Assembly (NCBI RefSeq): GCF_018977255.1
Contig: NW_024704743.1
Span: 89,964,001-90,028,000, forward strand
Source: Callorhinchus milii
Lineage: Eukaryota
Reading direction: 5' to 3'
DNA length: 64,000 nt
Part shown: one piece after another, positions 39,071 through 51,254 of the stretch
Layout of the letters: each line of letters starts with the position of its first letter
Position numbering within the stretch: the first letter of the stretch is position 1
The notes under the pieces: generated by a model
Databases searched by the model: none
Told to the model about the DNA's origin: nothing
Seen by the model: the letters and a program-made list of their open reading frames with translations, nothing else
Position numbers and translations under genes: made by a program

Positions 39071-40460
39071 CTGAAGTTCAACTAATGGCAATAAAATGGC
39101 AATAGATTCCGCAAAATCAGATTTTCTTTATATTTGTTGTGTGACTTTTTAACAATCTATTTGGAGTAAAGTGGCTCTAATTTAATATTACACTTAGTTT
39201 TCTCCTCTGGATCTACAAACTGAAAACAATTACTAACAGTGCCACCAATAAGGGGACACTTGTCTCATTGAATGGTGGTTGTCTGTACTGAAACCACAAG
39301 CTACAATCTCTGATGTTACCATTCCAGCTGGATTCATAAGTCTGCAGCATTACATCTACAAGGTCAGGTCAAGCTTTCAACAGAAAAATATAAAGATATT
39401 CATCACCTCAAAGGAAAAAAACACAAATGCATCATCCACTCAGTTAATAAAACTGACAAGACTGAAACTAATTCCTAATATATACTAAACCAACAGAACT
39501 AAATTCAATAATATCTTGTTTTTGTACAGCCACTGTCACACAATGTAAACATCTCAAAGTGCTTTACAAAATACCAATAATCAGAATTAAAGTGAATGTT
39601 ATACAGCCAAACACAGCAGCTTACCTACACTAGCAACATCCCATAAACAACATTGAGATGTGCAGCTAATTAATCTGGATAAGCGGGTGATTTTGGATGA
39701 GGTGCCACAGTAAGAGTCAATTAATGCCAGTGAAGGTTATCTTTTACAAACATAAATCAACCAGGTCTACCCTTCCCTTTTGATTAACTTTAAACAATTG
39801 ATTTGAAGCACTGTGGCCCAATTCCAATATAAAAACTGGATCTACAATAATCACTGAGGTTCTGTCTTGGTTTCCTTGGATTGAGGACAACAGCCCTCAT
39901 TTATAAAATGTATATCAGTAGCTATCTATTAATATCCATCCACCCCATGTATCAAATGGATGGAGATTTCTCTTTGCATTGTCAAATCAAACAGCAAACC
40001 AGCTCCATCCCTCCCAGGAATTAATATATATCATTAAATATCAATCCAATCCCTGGGATTGGTATCTCAATATAAAGTGATGCACATTTGCAACATATTG
40101 CTGAAGTAATGACAGACTGAATTGGGGTCAGCATGTCTTGCTCAATGAAACAACTGTATTTTTAAAAGTTTTTTTCCAAACTGAACACTGATAATGCAAT
40201 ATGGGTCTGCATTCCCACACTTACAAGATCTGAACCTCAGTCAGGCCTGTCAATATCCTGACTGGAGCATTCACTGACCATGTTTTCACATTGCCCTTGG
40301 GTACTTACAGAGCAGTTACTGGGAAACAGATGTGGGAGCAATGAACCTAGATACTGGATCTCTTTGCTGACCAATTTTTGTTTTGGTCAGTCAGCCGGAT
40401 GTCTAGGCATTGGAAACCCATCACCACACTGAAGAGTCAAACTACTAAGATTTTCACATA

Positions 40461-40720
40461 CAACAACAACAAGATTCCATTTATAGAGCGCCTTTCACGT
40501 CAGGAGGACGTCCCAAGGCACTGTACAGTTGGGTCAGGACCCGAGCAAGGGGGAAATGTTCAGGGTGAGGGTAGGGAAGGGAGGGAGCGAGGAGGGGGTA
40601 GAGAGTCGAGAGGGGAGCTGAAGGCACGGTCAAAGAGAAAGGTCTTGAGACCGGCCTTGAAGGAGGAAAGGGAGGAGGCAAGGCGAAGGCACTGGGGGAT
40701 AGAGTTCCAGAGTCTAGGGC
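40461..40720 (-). mobile_element. Young 5'-truncated L2 with TSD acataca and a fold-back filler
   Basis: Reverse complement of about 11200-11460. acataca occurs at 40456-40462 and 40735-40741. Confidence 0.92.
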
Positions 40721-42139
40721 AACAGGACACATCAACATACAGTTGATGTGTCCTGTTGCCTGCATATGAAGTGCAAGTGTAGAGGATTTCCAGTGTAAGC
40801 AGGGATCCAGCAAATGCTGGAAAGGCTCACAAGAGCTATTGCTGCCTACTGTGCTATGAGTGACAATGTCATAGGTGACCAGACATCACAGAAGTGTTGA
40901 CCAGAGGCCGCACTATAACATCGACTGTTATAATGCAAGATACAATTTTAGAGATCCAAAGCACAGCATTATAACAGGCTCTGACCGTGTGCATTGAATT
41001 ACCCATTTGTCTGCAACAGAGTGCATACCCCTAATTCCCAGAGAGCCAAGGCTTGGGTCCAGAGTACACACTGGGTTTCTGTGGGAGTATGACCACATAA
41101 AAACAAAGAGTCTCAATGAAAGAAGAAAATAAGTTGTTAAAATATGTAGATTTTCAAACCATAATATCTGTTCCTTTTGTCCAACCCCAATTTTAAAAAA
41201 ATGTTTTAAGAATGCATACTCCATTCAGAGAATGCAGATTAAATAAGCATATGACACATTTTGTGTGGGTTAAATCTTACAATTTTCTGACATTTTTATA
41301 TGAGCTACTGTATTTCTCAGACAGTAATAGATTTAAGAATTTTAGATTCAAACCATTGTTTAGTTCCTTGAATAAGACATTTATGTCATCAGTGTGTAGA
41401 GGGGCCAAAAGGAAATAATTTTGAATAATTACGCCACCTTATTATTCACAACACATGTTTAATTGCAATAATCCCTCTCAATGGAATTATAGATTCAGAC
41501 TCTGTATTATGGCGTGCTTCAGAAACAATAATGACAAAACCTACTGACAACTGTGTAAATCAGATCAGAACCACAGAGCTATCTCAACACACAGCCACTG
41601 TTCACAGTCAAGCACTTTAATTGTTTGCAGGAGAACTATAGATTTCATTTTACAAATTTCAAGGCTGAGATGGATGGAGTACCGGGAGCAAGTCTTTAAA
41701 TGAGAGATTGCAACTGTGCCCATGGCAACAATACATATGGCTCAGCAATGCTTTTCTTCCTCTCTGCACGTGTCAATCACATCAGAAACAGCAGGCCTAA
41801 TGCTCACAAGATGAGTCACTAAAGCACACCCCAGAGAACCGAGTCGCTGACAAACTGTGCGTGATGTTATAGCACCAAAACCGATATTGTGCCATTTTGT
41901 TCCTATTTAAACAATCAAAACTATGGAAGAGGCTTTCTCTTTCAATTTAATTGAGATCTTCTTTCTCATTCAATAGCTTTCAGTAAAAGGGAGACACAAA
42001 AACAGGTATATGATCCAAGACACCTACTGCATAGACACATTCCACTTCCCAAGAGGCTGAAGTCCAGAAAGAGCATTGCCTCTTACCAGTTTGGAAGGCG
42101 AGAGAGTAGCAAAATGTCAGAAAATGCCGTGATATTAGA

Positions 42140-42638
42140 AACAACAACACAATTACATTTGTATAGCGCCTTTCACGTCTGGAGGACATCCCAAGGCACT
42201 GGACAATCAGTGTTTCAGACCCGAGCTGGGGGTCAGGATCGGGGAGGGTGAAGGGCAGTGGGGGACGGAGGGTGACCTTATTTTGAAGGCACGGTTGAAG
42301 AGGACGGTCTTGAGATGGGTCTTGAAGGAGGTAATGGAGGGAGGGAGGCGGAGGGACTGCAGGATGGAGTTCCAGAGGGTGGGGGCAGAGTGGCAGAAGG
42401 CCAATGCCAATGGTGGGATGACGAGGAGGGGGACGTGAAGCAGGCCGGAGCCCGCTGAGCGGGGGGAGGGGGCAGGTTGGTAGTGGGTTAGAAGGTCGCA
42501 GAGGTCGGGGGGAGCGAGGCCATGGAAGGCTTTGAAGGTGAGGACCAGGATCTTGAACTGTATCCTCTGTGTGATGGGAAGCCAGTGGAGTCAGGCGAGG
42601 ATGGGGCTGATAGGGTCGCGGAGCCTGGTGTGGGAGAG
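42140..42638 (-). mobile_element. 5'-truncated L2
   Basis: (CAA)n tail and minus-strand AFCHSAPTLWNSILQSLRLPPSITSFKTHLKTVLFNRAF. Confidence 0.9.
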
Positions 42639-43834
42639 CCTAGACAAATATCTGAATACTGCCTGATGCAATGACTCCAGGTAGCACCGGTAGATCAACC
42701 TTACCAAGCTACTCCCACCTCAGATATCTTCAATCTTATGACACCCAACACTACTGTCCACTTATGCCAACATCCTCCATACCAATTTACATTTCAAAGA
42801 TTCCATGTAAATATATCTACATGTGCAAGAGTGTAAAAAGCCCTCACAAAACAAACGATGAAAGGCTCTATTTATTGTGTTCTATTTTACATTAAATAAA
42901 TACTAAATAGAAAGTGGCTGCATAATTATGAATACTAAATAATAATTGCATTTGTAGGACATCATTTATGTCAGAAGGGTGTCTCAAATCATTTCACAGG
43001 ATATACTGTAAGGGGCAGTGTTTGTATTTTGTGGACAAACTCAACAGCTAGTTTGTGTAGAGCAATGTCCCACAGTCAGTCATTAAGTGATTCAACAATT
43101 TTGTTTTGTGGTTTGTTGGCCAGGTTACAGGGAGAATGAATCCTGCTTAAATAATAATACTGGCATTTAATATAACATCTTATCACGTCGTCAAGATGTC
43201 TCTAAGCATTCACAGATTATGCTGTGAAGTGACTACTGTGTATTTTGTGGATGAAATGTGGAAGCGAATTTTACGCACAGGCATGTCCCACAAACAGCCA
43301 TTAAGTGAATGACCAATTTTATTTGGGGGATTGTTGGCCAGGACACAAGGAGAAGCTCCCTTTTCTTTTCAAATTGTGCCATGGATCTTTAACGTCCACT
43401 TAAACAGGGAGTTTTGTATTGCAGTGATATACTGTGACATGCATGGTGTACCAACACCTCAGCTATGTACCACCCATCAATTCATCATAGAGCTGCAGCT
43501 TCCTTCCTCGCTACATTTAAACTATGGCTCCATGGTGGCCTTACACTGCTTCTCTAACCCTGTACGTCAATTGCAGCTATGCTACAGTGTTTGTACCAGC
43601 CCAATGCAAAATAGCAATCAACAAACAGTTGCATGACAGTATTAATTTTCATTGTACTAATGTTACTGTTATTATACTCACTGCCTGGCAATGAACATAT
43701 CCTGCTTGCAAATCTGGTACCAAATAATTTATAATGAGAAAATATATGGATTCCTCCCGTTTCACTTCCTTGCGCACTCTCCAAACAGAAGGGTCGGAAA
43801 GCTCTTTCACATTGTGTCACTGCAGATGAAATCA

Positions 43835-44360
43835 AGTGAATTAATCCTGAACAGTACTCTGGTCAGGCTCAGGTGTACTGCATGTCTTTCTGGTCACTAT
43901 GACATAAGGATGCTGTCCAAGCCATAGAGGTGGTACAGAGGAAAGTAACAAAGATGATCCCAGTGTTGGAAGGCTGAGGTATGAGCAATAATTGGATACG
44001 ATACAGCTTATCAGTCTTGAAAAGAGCTGTCTCCCAGGGTACCTTATGACCCCAGAGGGGACAACATTTTTAATGGGCTTGAGAAAGTAAACCCACAACA
44101 ATACTTTTGAGTGCACTGAGACGGTAGAAAATAGGTTTAGGGTTGCAAAGGTCAGTTTCAAGATAGATACCAAGATGTATTTCTTTGCCCAGAGAGTGAC
44201 TAACAACTGGAACAGGTTACCAGGAATGCTGGTTGAGCCCAGGACTGGGACCCATTTAAAAACAGCTGATGGTATGATTGGAGGACAGGAGGAAGGGTAT
44301 TCAGGATGGGTGAGATGAAACTGTCTGCGCGGCATTCTTCATCTGAACCGATCTTGTGGA
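43835..44360 (+). mobile_element. CR1 3' fragment
   Basis: Homologous to 23365-23945 (ttcaagatagataccaagatgtatttctttgcccagagagtg...). Confidence 0.8.
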
Positions 44361-44611
44361 AGTCAGGTTAACTTCATTACTGTCAATAACTTTTGCATTT
44401 GGTATATAGCATCTTTCATGTTGGCAGGTTATCTCAAAGTGCTTCACAGGATTTACTGTCAAATGTAGTAAATGTAGTGTGAAGGCAAAAGCAGTAGCTA
44501 ATTTGCAATATACAGCCATGAAATTAATGATCAATTTTACCTGGGGACAGCTTTCCAGGACACTGGAAGAAATTGCTTTTCTTTTTGGGTTGTGCCTTGG
44601 GATGTTTAACA

Positions 44612-44971
44612 TAATAATAATAAAACTTGCATTTGATATAGCACTTTATCATGTCTTCGAGATGTCTCAAGGAGTTTCACAGAATATACTGTAGAGTGAG
44701 TTGACTATATTTTGTGGGCAAAATGTGGCAGCCAATTGCGCACAGCAGTGTCTCATAAACAGTCGTGGATTGAGTGACCAAATTATTTTTTTGAAGGGTA
44801 ATTACTATCAGAAAAGCGATCCACGAAGCAACTAACAACCAGGTTCCTACTTACTAATAGCTAAACAGAGGGGTGTGGAAACTTGACCAACGTTTCGCTC
44901 TGCCCGGGAATCGAACCCATGTCCTCTCACTTTCGAGGTGAGTGGTCTAACTACTAAATTACAGGACTCCA
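44612..44971 (-). mobile_element. tRNA-Ala SINE, full length, long variant
   Basis: (ATA)n tail at 44612, and the head reverse complement ends acaggactcc. Confidence 0.88.
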
Positions 44972-45859
44972 CAGGTAACATAAATTACCACACACTTCAT
45001 CCTAACTGAAGCAAATTAATCTCCTTTGACAATGGAAGACAATTCAATATGAAATTTGACCCTTTGTCTTACGTCAAGCCATAATAAAACATGAAAGGTT
45101 AGAAACCTCTGTTAGATATGCAAAGTTAGGAAAAGTCCAGAGAGAGCTCGATACAATTCTGGGTAAAACACTGGGGAAAAGAGACATAGAACTAGAGATA
45201 TGAGAAAGCAAGATGCCTGTCAAGATACGTTAACAGTGTTATTGAAAAATTGATAAATGAATGATATGTATTGTGAATGAGCGCCTGTCAAGGCTACAAT
45301 GGTGTCAATGCTTGAAAACTATTGGTAGGGAAAAGATTTATGAATGGTGATAATGAAAAGACCTGACAGTGCGTGTGCGCATGTGGTGGGGGAGAAAATA
45401 GAATGGAGAGTGCAGAATGCCTTGGAACCGCAATGTATTACCGTGGCAACGGTTGCAATATGCAGAAGATGAAAGCCAGCACGATCTGTGAAGAAGTAGT
45501 GAGAAGGTAGTAACGTAAATTATAACCATGAATTATACACAAGAAATTGAACAACAGAGACTTTATACCAATATTTGTACTGTATGTTCATCTGCTCCAG
45601 TCACATTTCTGCAGTAGAATTAGGGTAAAGAAGGGACACCGCCCAAAACAGTATTTTCCCTGAGAAGCTAGCAACAGTATTATGGCCTTGAACATATAGT
45701 ATTTTAATCCACAGACGGTGGCCTTTAATTAAGGTATCAGCCTGGTTGAGTTGCAAGATTGTTTCTGAGGTGTGGAGGCGCTGACGTGAGCCAATCAGGA
45801 GGGCCTCGGTCTTGTTGACATTCAACTGGAGAAAGTTGATGCGAATCACATTAGGATAT

Positions 45860-47152
45860 ACGTATATAGATGACACCCAACTCTGTGTCTTTGCCTCCAC
45901 CCTCGACTCCAGGACCAGAATGTCTGTCAGACATCAAGTCCTGGATGAGAGCTAAGTTTCTCCAGTTGAATATCAAGAAGACCGAGGCCCTCCTAATTTG
46001 CTCTCATCAGCACCTTCACACCTCAGGCGTTAACAGCAGCACCATCCAGGAACCTTGGCATCTTGTTTGACCCTCAATATTGTCCTTTGGACCCCACATT
46101 CATGCCATGACCCAATCTGCCTTCCCCTATCTTCACAATATCGCCCTGTTTCCCAGCTTATTTTTATTATAATTATTATTATTATTATTACTGCCTCTTC
46201 CCTCAAGCTGCTGAAACCCTCGTTCACGTGTTCATCACATCTAGGCTCGACTACACCAACTCCCTGCTTGTCGGCCTTCCAAACTCTTCCCTACACAAGC
46301 TGCAGATCATCCAGAACTCTGCAGCTCATGTCCTCTCCCGCACAAGGCTCCATGACCCTATCACCCCCACCCTCACCCAGCTCCACTGGCTCCCCATTCA
46401 TCAAAGGATAGAGTTCAAAATCCTCGACCACACTTTCAAAGCCCTCCACAGACTTCCTTCTGACCTCTGTGACCTGCTAATGCTACATCAACCTGTTCGC
46501 TCCCCCCACTCAGCAGGCCACGTCAACTGGATTATTACATTTGTATAGCGCCTTTCATGTTGGGAGGACGTTCCAAGGCCCTGGACAGACAGAGTTACGA
46601 ACCCCATTGAGGCTTGACTGCACTAGCGCTCTGCTTGCCAGATTCCCCAACTCTACCCTATAAAAACTGCAGACTATCCAGAACTCTGCTGCTCATATCC
46701 TCTCCTGCGTCTTAGTCCGTGAGCTTATCACCCTCACCTTCACTCAGTTCCATTGGCTCTGCATCCCCAAGCAAGATCCGCGTTCTCACCTTCAAATCCT
46801 TTCACTGTTTTGCCCCATCCTCCCTCTGCAACCTCCTTTAGCTCAACTAACTCGGTTGCTCCCTTTGTTTAGTAAATACCAGCCTGCTTCATGTCCCTCA
46901 CCTTATCCACTCCACTATCGGACGGCGAGTTGTCGGCCATTCTGCCCCCGTTATCTGAAACTCCATCTTGGAGTCCACTCTTTTCCTCAACTTTTTCAAG
47001 GTCCATCTCAAGGTTATTTTTTTGGCTGCACTTTTGGTCATCTTTCCCCTCCCTGACCCTTTGACCTCCAACCCCACTCAGGTGCTCAACCAGCAGGTCC
47101 CAGCACCTCTCAAAGTGAAGGACACTATACAAATGTAATTTTGTTGTTGTTA
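45860..47152 (+). mobile_element. Cluster of older L2 fragments (RT YxDD region to tail)
   Basis: tatatagatgacacccaactc; [64 protein letters not shown]; a second copy at 46610-47152 has a (TTG)n tail. Confidence 0.85.
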
Positions 47153-48035
47153 AGCACTTTGAGACCTCCTCCCAACGTGAAAGGTGCTGTATAAATATAT
47201 TGGTAGTTTGCCATGGTTCTTCAGGTGAACATTTTGGTATTCAATACAAATGTATTGATGTAAAATTTAGTGAAGAGACCAATGAGTATGCTTGTTTTCT
47301 TTCTTGGTATCAGTTATTTTATAATCTTTGCCAGAATATAAGGTAATGATTGCAGAATGTGCATTCAACATGATTGAGGACAGTGAGACCTGAAGATTGA
47401 CACGGGGTCTATACAAGTCACCAGTGACTAACTATTCCTCACTTTTGCAGTCGAGCAGAAATGAGGATTTGGCCTGTTCTCCTTGCCAATTTTCCATAGG
47501 TAGAGAAAAACAGCTGAGCTTTCAATCTGGCAGAATATTCGTGAACAAATGATGACAAATACAATGATGAAGTGTTGGAAACACACACAGAATTTTTGGG
47601 ATTAAATACAATGAAAATGCTTAAATTTTATGGATTTTAAATAGGGTCGGTGAAAATGGATTTTTATTTTTTCTGATTTAAAATTTTTTAGATTTTTATT
47701 GTATTTTTCAGGCAATCAGCAGCACTTCTTATGCACGGAGACCTTTATCACAAAGCACAACAAAATTACATTTTTAAAGCGCCTTTCACATTGTGAGGAA
47801 TGTCCCATTGATTATAAATATATATTTATATTGATCATTATAAACATGCTTAAGCAAAATTCAAACCTTTCAAGGATTGAAAGAGAGAAGGCCCATTAAA
47901 CGAAACTGAAGGACAAAGAACAGCACGGCTGCACTTCAATGCTGAAAGGACTGCAACAGTGCGCCAAAATGAGTTGCCGACTCAAAGAACAGCACGGCCA
48001 AAATGAGTCCTCCCACAGGAGTCCTCCCAGATGAG

Positions 48036-48139
48036 TATAGATAAAGATGAAATGTCTGTCTGTGTGTCTGTCTGTGTGTCAATCCACATTCCATATTGGA
48101 TCCTTTGGTTGCAAGCAAAGCTGCAACGGGTACAGCTAG
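48036..48139 (+). mobile_element. Short non-autonomous Helitron-like element
   Basis: Ends ...gggtacagCTAG|T with the hairpin gttgca-agcaaagc-tgcaac (48108-48127) 12 nt upstream. The 5' region is tatagataaagatgaaat followed by (gtct/gtgt)n. The canonical 5' TC is not visible. Confidence 0.55.
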
Positions 48140-48563
48140 TTTCATATAAAGTGCTTTTTGAAATGTTGTGGAATGTAATTGACCTACTGTTTATTAAGAT
48201 AAATACAAAAACATGCTCAAGGACAAGATCTAGGTCTGTTAAATGACTGAGGAAACAGATTAGGCAGAAAATATCAAACGTCTCAAAATGTTTCATGAGT
48301 AACTGCTGTCAAGTGTAGTGACTGTGCATTTGTACGCAAACTCAGCAGCTATTTGTACACAACAAAACACGCTACAAAGATCTATGAAATGAATAACCAA
48401 TTTGACTTGAAGAGTGTTGGCCAGGACACTGTAAGATTCTTTGTTCTCTTTTCGAATAGTAAAATATCCTCGGGCACAACTGCGTTCCTTAGTTTTGAGC
48501 CTTACACATTAATAGTGACTACAGTGGTAAGGTGCCTCCTCACCTGTGGAACCATAACATGGT

Positions 48564-48863
48564 AATACTATTCCTTGCATTTGATATAGCACCTTATCAT
48601 GTCTTCGAGACGTCTCAAAACACTTCACAGGATATTCTATAAAGTGTAGTGACTGTGTATTTTGTGGGCGAAACGCAGCAGCCAATTACACATAGCAGTG
48701 TGCTATAAACAGTCGTGGATTGAGTGACCACATTTTTTTTGTGAAGGGATTTTTACCCCCAGAAAATGATCTGCCAATTGACTAACAAGCAGGTTTCTAC
48801 TTACTGCTAGCTAAACAGAGGTATGTGTGTGGAGTAAAGAAACTTGCCTGAGGTTTCGCCCTG
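48564..48863 (-). mobile_element. tRNA-Ala SINE, long variant, head truncated
   Basis: Body and tail match the 44612-44971 copy. Confidence 0.85.
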
Positions 48864-50569
48864 TAAAAAGATAATGGATACAAGCACTATCAAGACAGGA
48901 GAAAATTGGAGGAGAAAACAAAGAGCGAAAGAAATGGAGTTATGGAGAGAAATGGAGATAAACGAGAACAATAATAGTGTTACTGAAGTCATCCAGACAC
49001 ATTCAGCTTCCGTTTCCTACAATTTATATTTCCGAAGCTATTTGCATCATTTAAATTCTCAGTATGATGGACACTGTAAGAATAAGTTTTGTGATGGATA
49101 AAGTGCTCTTTAGCTTGATCTGTATGAGGAGCATCACTGCCAGGTCACTGAATATTGACGGGTTTATCTGTCTGGGTTTATAAAAAGCGTGAACAATGTA
49201 TTGAAAGACTAATCCTGATTCAGTTGTCGAGTTTTGCAATGTGGTGAGCATTACTGGTGGTACAAACTCCACTCAAATGTTTTGCCTCTGGATCTTGGTA
49301 GAGACAATCTGCAGTGTATCAGCCATTCCTTAACATAGGTACTTGAGCAGGGCATAATTGCCAGTTCTGGTTACTCTCCTGATACGTATATTCATACAAA
49401 GATCAGCAGCAGCAGTAGCTGGTAGCAACAACAACTTGCATTTATATAGTGTTCTTTGTACAAGGAAGTCTCTCGGAGACAATTGCATATGGGGCTACAC
49501 AATATGTATAAGGTACCATGAACGTTTCAGAAGGGTAGTCAGTATTAATGTCACTCTCTGATGGATTGACATTAAAACTGTGTTTGGGTTTCAACAAAAA
49601 ATGCAGATGGTTTGGAAATGCTGCAGAAAATCTTCTATAAGAATGTAAATGGTGCCAGTACACTCCATAAAGCCTTAGTCCTTTGTGCCTCTTTATCTCA
49701 TTTGCTGGAAGGACTTGATTATAAGGGAAGTTTGCTCCTTTGGAGATCAGTAAAATAATGAGCTCTTCTAAACCTTCCACTGAAATCCTGAACAAAATAC
49801 CGTAGTTCTAGTCCTCTCCTACATTTGCAGTGTTATTGTATCATGCAGGAGAGGACTAGAATTACTCTACTTTGTTCAGGATTATTGAAGAACAATCCTG
49901 GGAATCAGTGGTGGTGTTAGACTGGCCTGGTTCCAACAAAGTTGAAGGGGTTGAGGTGGAGTGGGGGGGATCTCATTGACTGAGCCACTGACAAGGACAG
50001 AAACTATGCCATATTAATCATGTCTTTTTTTCACTGCATAGTCCATAGAATCAGTGTGCACTAAAATAAGCAAACTCCAAGGAGATCAATACACAATATG
50101 AAATAAAAGGCTTTACGTGATGTTCGTCATGCCAGACCTTTGGCCAAAGTATCACAACAGCTCAGCACTGTGCTGCCATGGCAACAATGAAATGTGCCAC
50201 TGAGAGGACAAGTGTTAGGTTACAGGGAACAAACAGCAGTGTAATGAGCTACTAGTCAGCAGTGAAATTGTCACTGCCCACCAATGTACCATGTAACTAC
50301 TGGAATATCGCATTTTATTTAAAGGGACAATGCAGCAGGCAATTTACACACAGCAATGCCCTACGGACAGCTATGGAGTTAATAACCAATTTTATTTAAA
50401 GGATTGTTGAGCAGGAGACTTTAATTCATCTTAATGTTTCAACAGAAGGACGGAATCTCTGACATTGCAGCAATCCCCCAGCACTGTATCAGAGTGTCAG
50501 CCTAGACTAATATATATATAGTATATATATATACACACACACACAAAGTCGCGATCTTCACATATGATC

Positions 50570-51210
50570 ATACAGAAATTAGTCAAATTAGGAATAGGGG
50601 AAGGCTATTCAGTTCATCAAGACCGCTCTCCATAGACTATTCCGTAGTTTAATTATTTCAACTTTTCCCGATCTTATCTCCCCATTTCCCACTACATCCC
50701 TTAATGTTTATATTCTTGAAATTTCAACCATCTCACTTTTAAATCCCTGAAGCAATATTTTGGCTTTCCTTTTGGGGCAGTACATTCGATTTTCTTATTC
50801 CTCTCTCTGAAAATGTTTTTCTCTCATCTGAGTCCTAACCCATGGATCCACCAGGGAAAAAAGTTTCTCATTGTTTATTTTATTGAGCTCCATCAAAATC
50901 CTAAACATCTGGTCTAAATTACCCATTAGTATCAGAGAATACACCAATTTATCCTTTCTTTCACTAATTTACTACTATTGTGTGATCCGCTACCACTGTG
51001 TAATTCCTGGTGTCATGTTCTTGTGCTTAAGCTGCATTCTCTCCAAAGCCAATATATCCTTCCTATTAAGAGGCATGCAAAACAGCAAGCAATGTTTCAA
51101 GTGTGGTCTCACCAATGTTTTCACCAATTCAGTCACAACGCACTTGCCTGCTTTCAAATTCTAAACCTCTAGCTATGAACCCCAGCATCCAATTTGGCTC
51201 ACTAATAACA
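50570..51210 (-). mobile_element. Old CR1 3' fragment
   Basis: aggaataggggaaggctattcag tail and ccaatatatccttcct...caagtgtggtctcacc, the reverse complement of CR1 ORF2 sequence. Confidence 0.7.
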
Positions 51211-51254
51211 CTATATTGGCAATATAGAATGATTTAGTAATGACAAACTACTAA

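Noticed and set aside
47906..48035. CRISPR-like repeat-spacer array
   Set aside because: Each repeat occurs only twice, units differ and overlap, spacing is irregular, and there are no cas genes in this vertebrate DNA.
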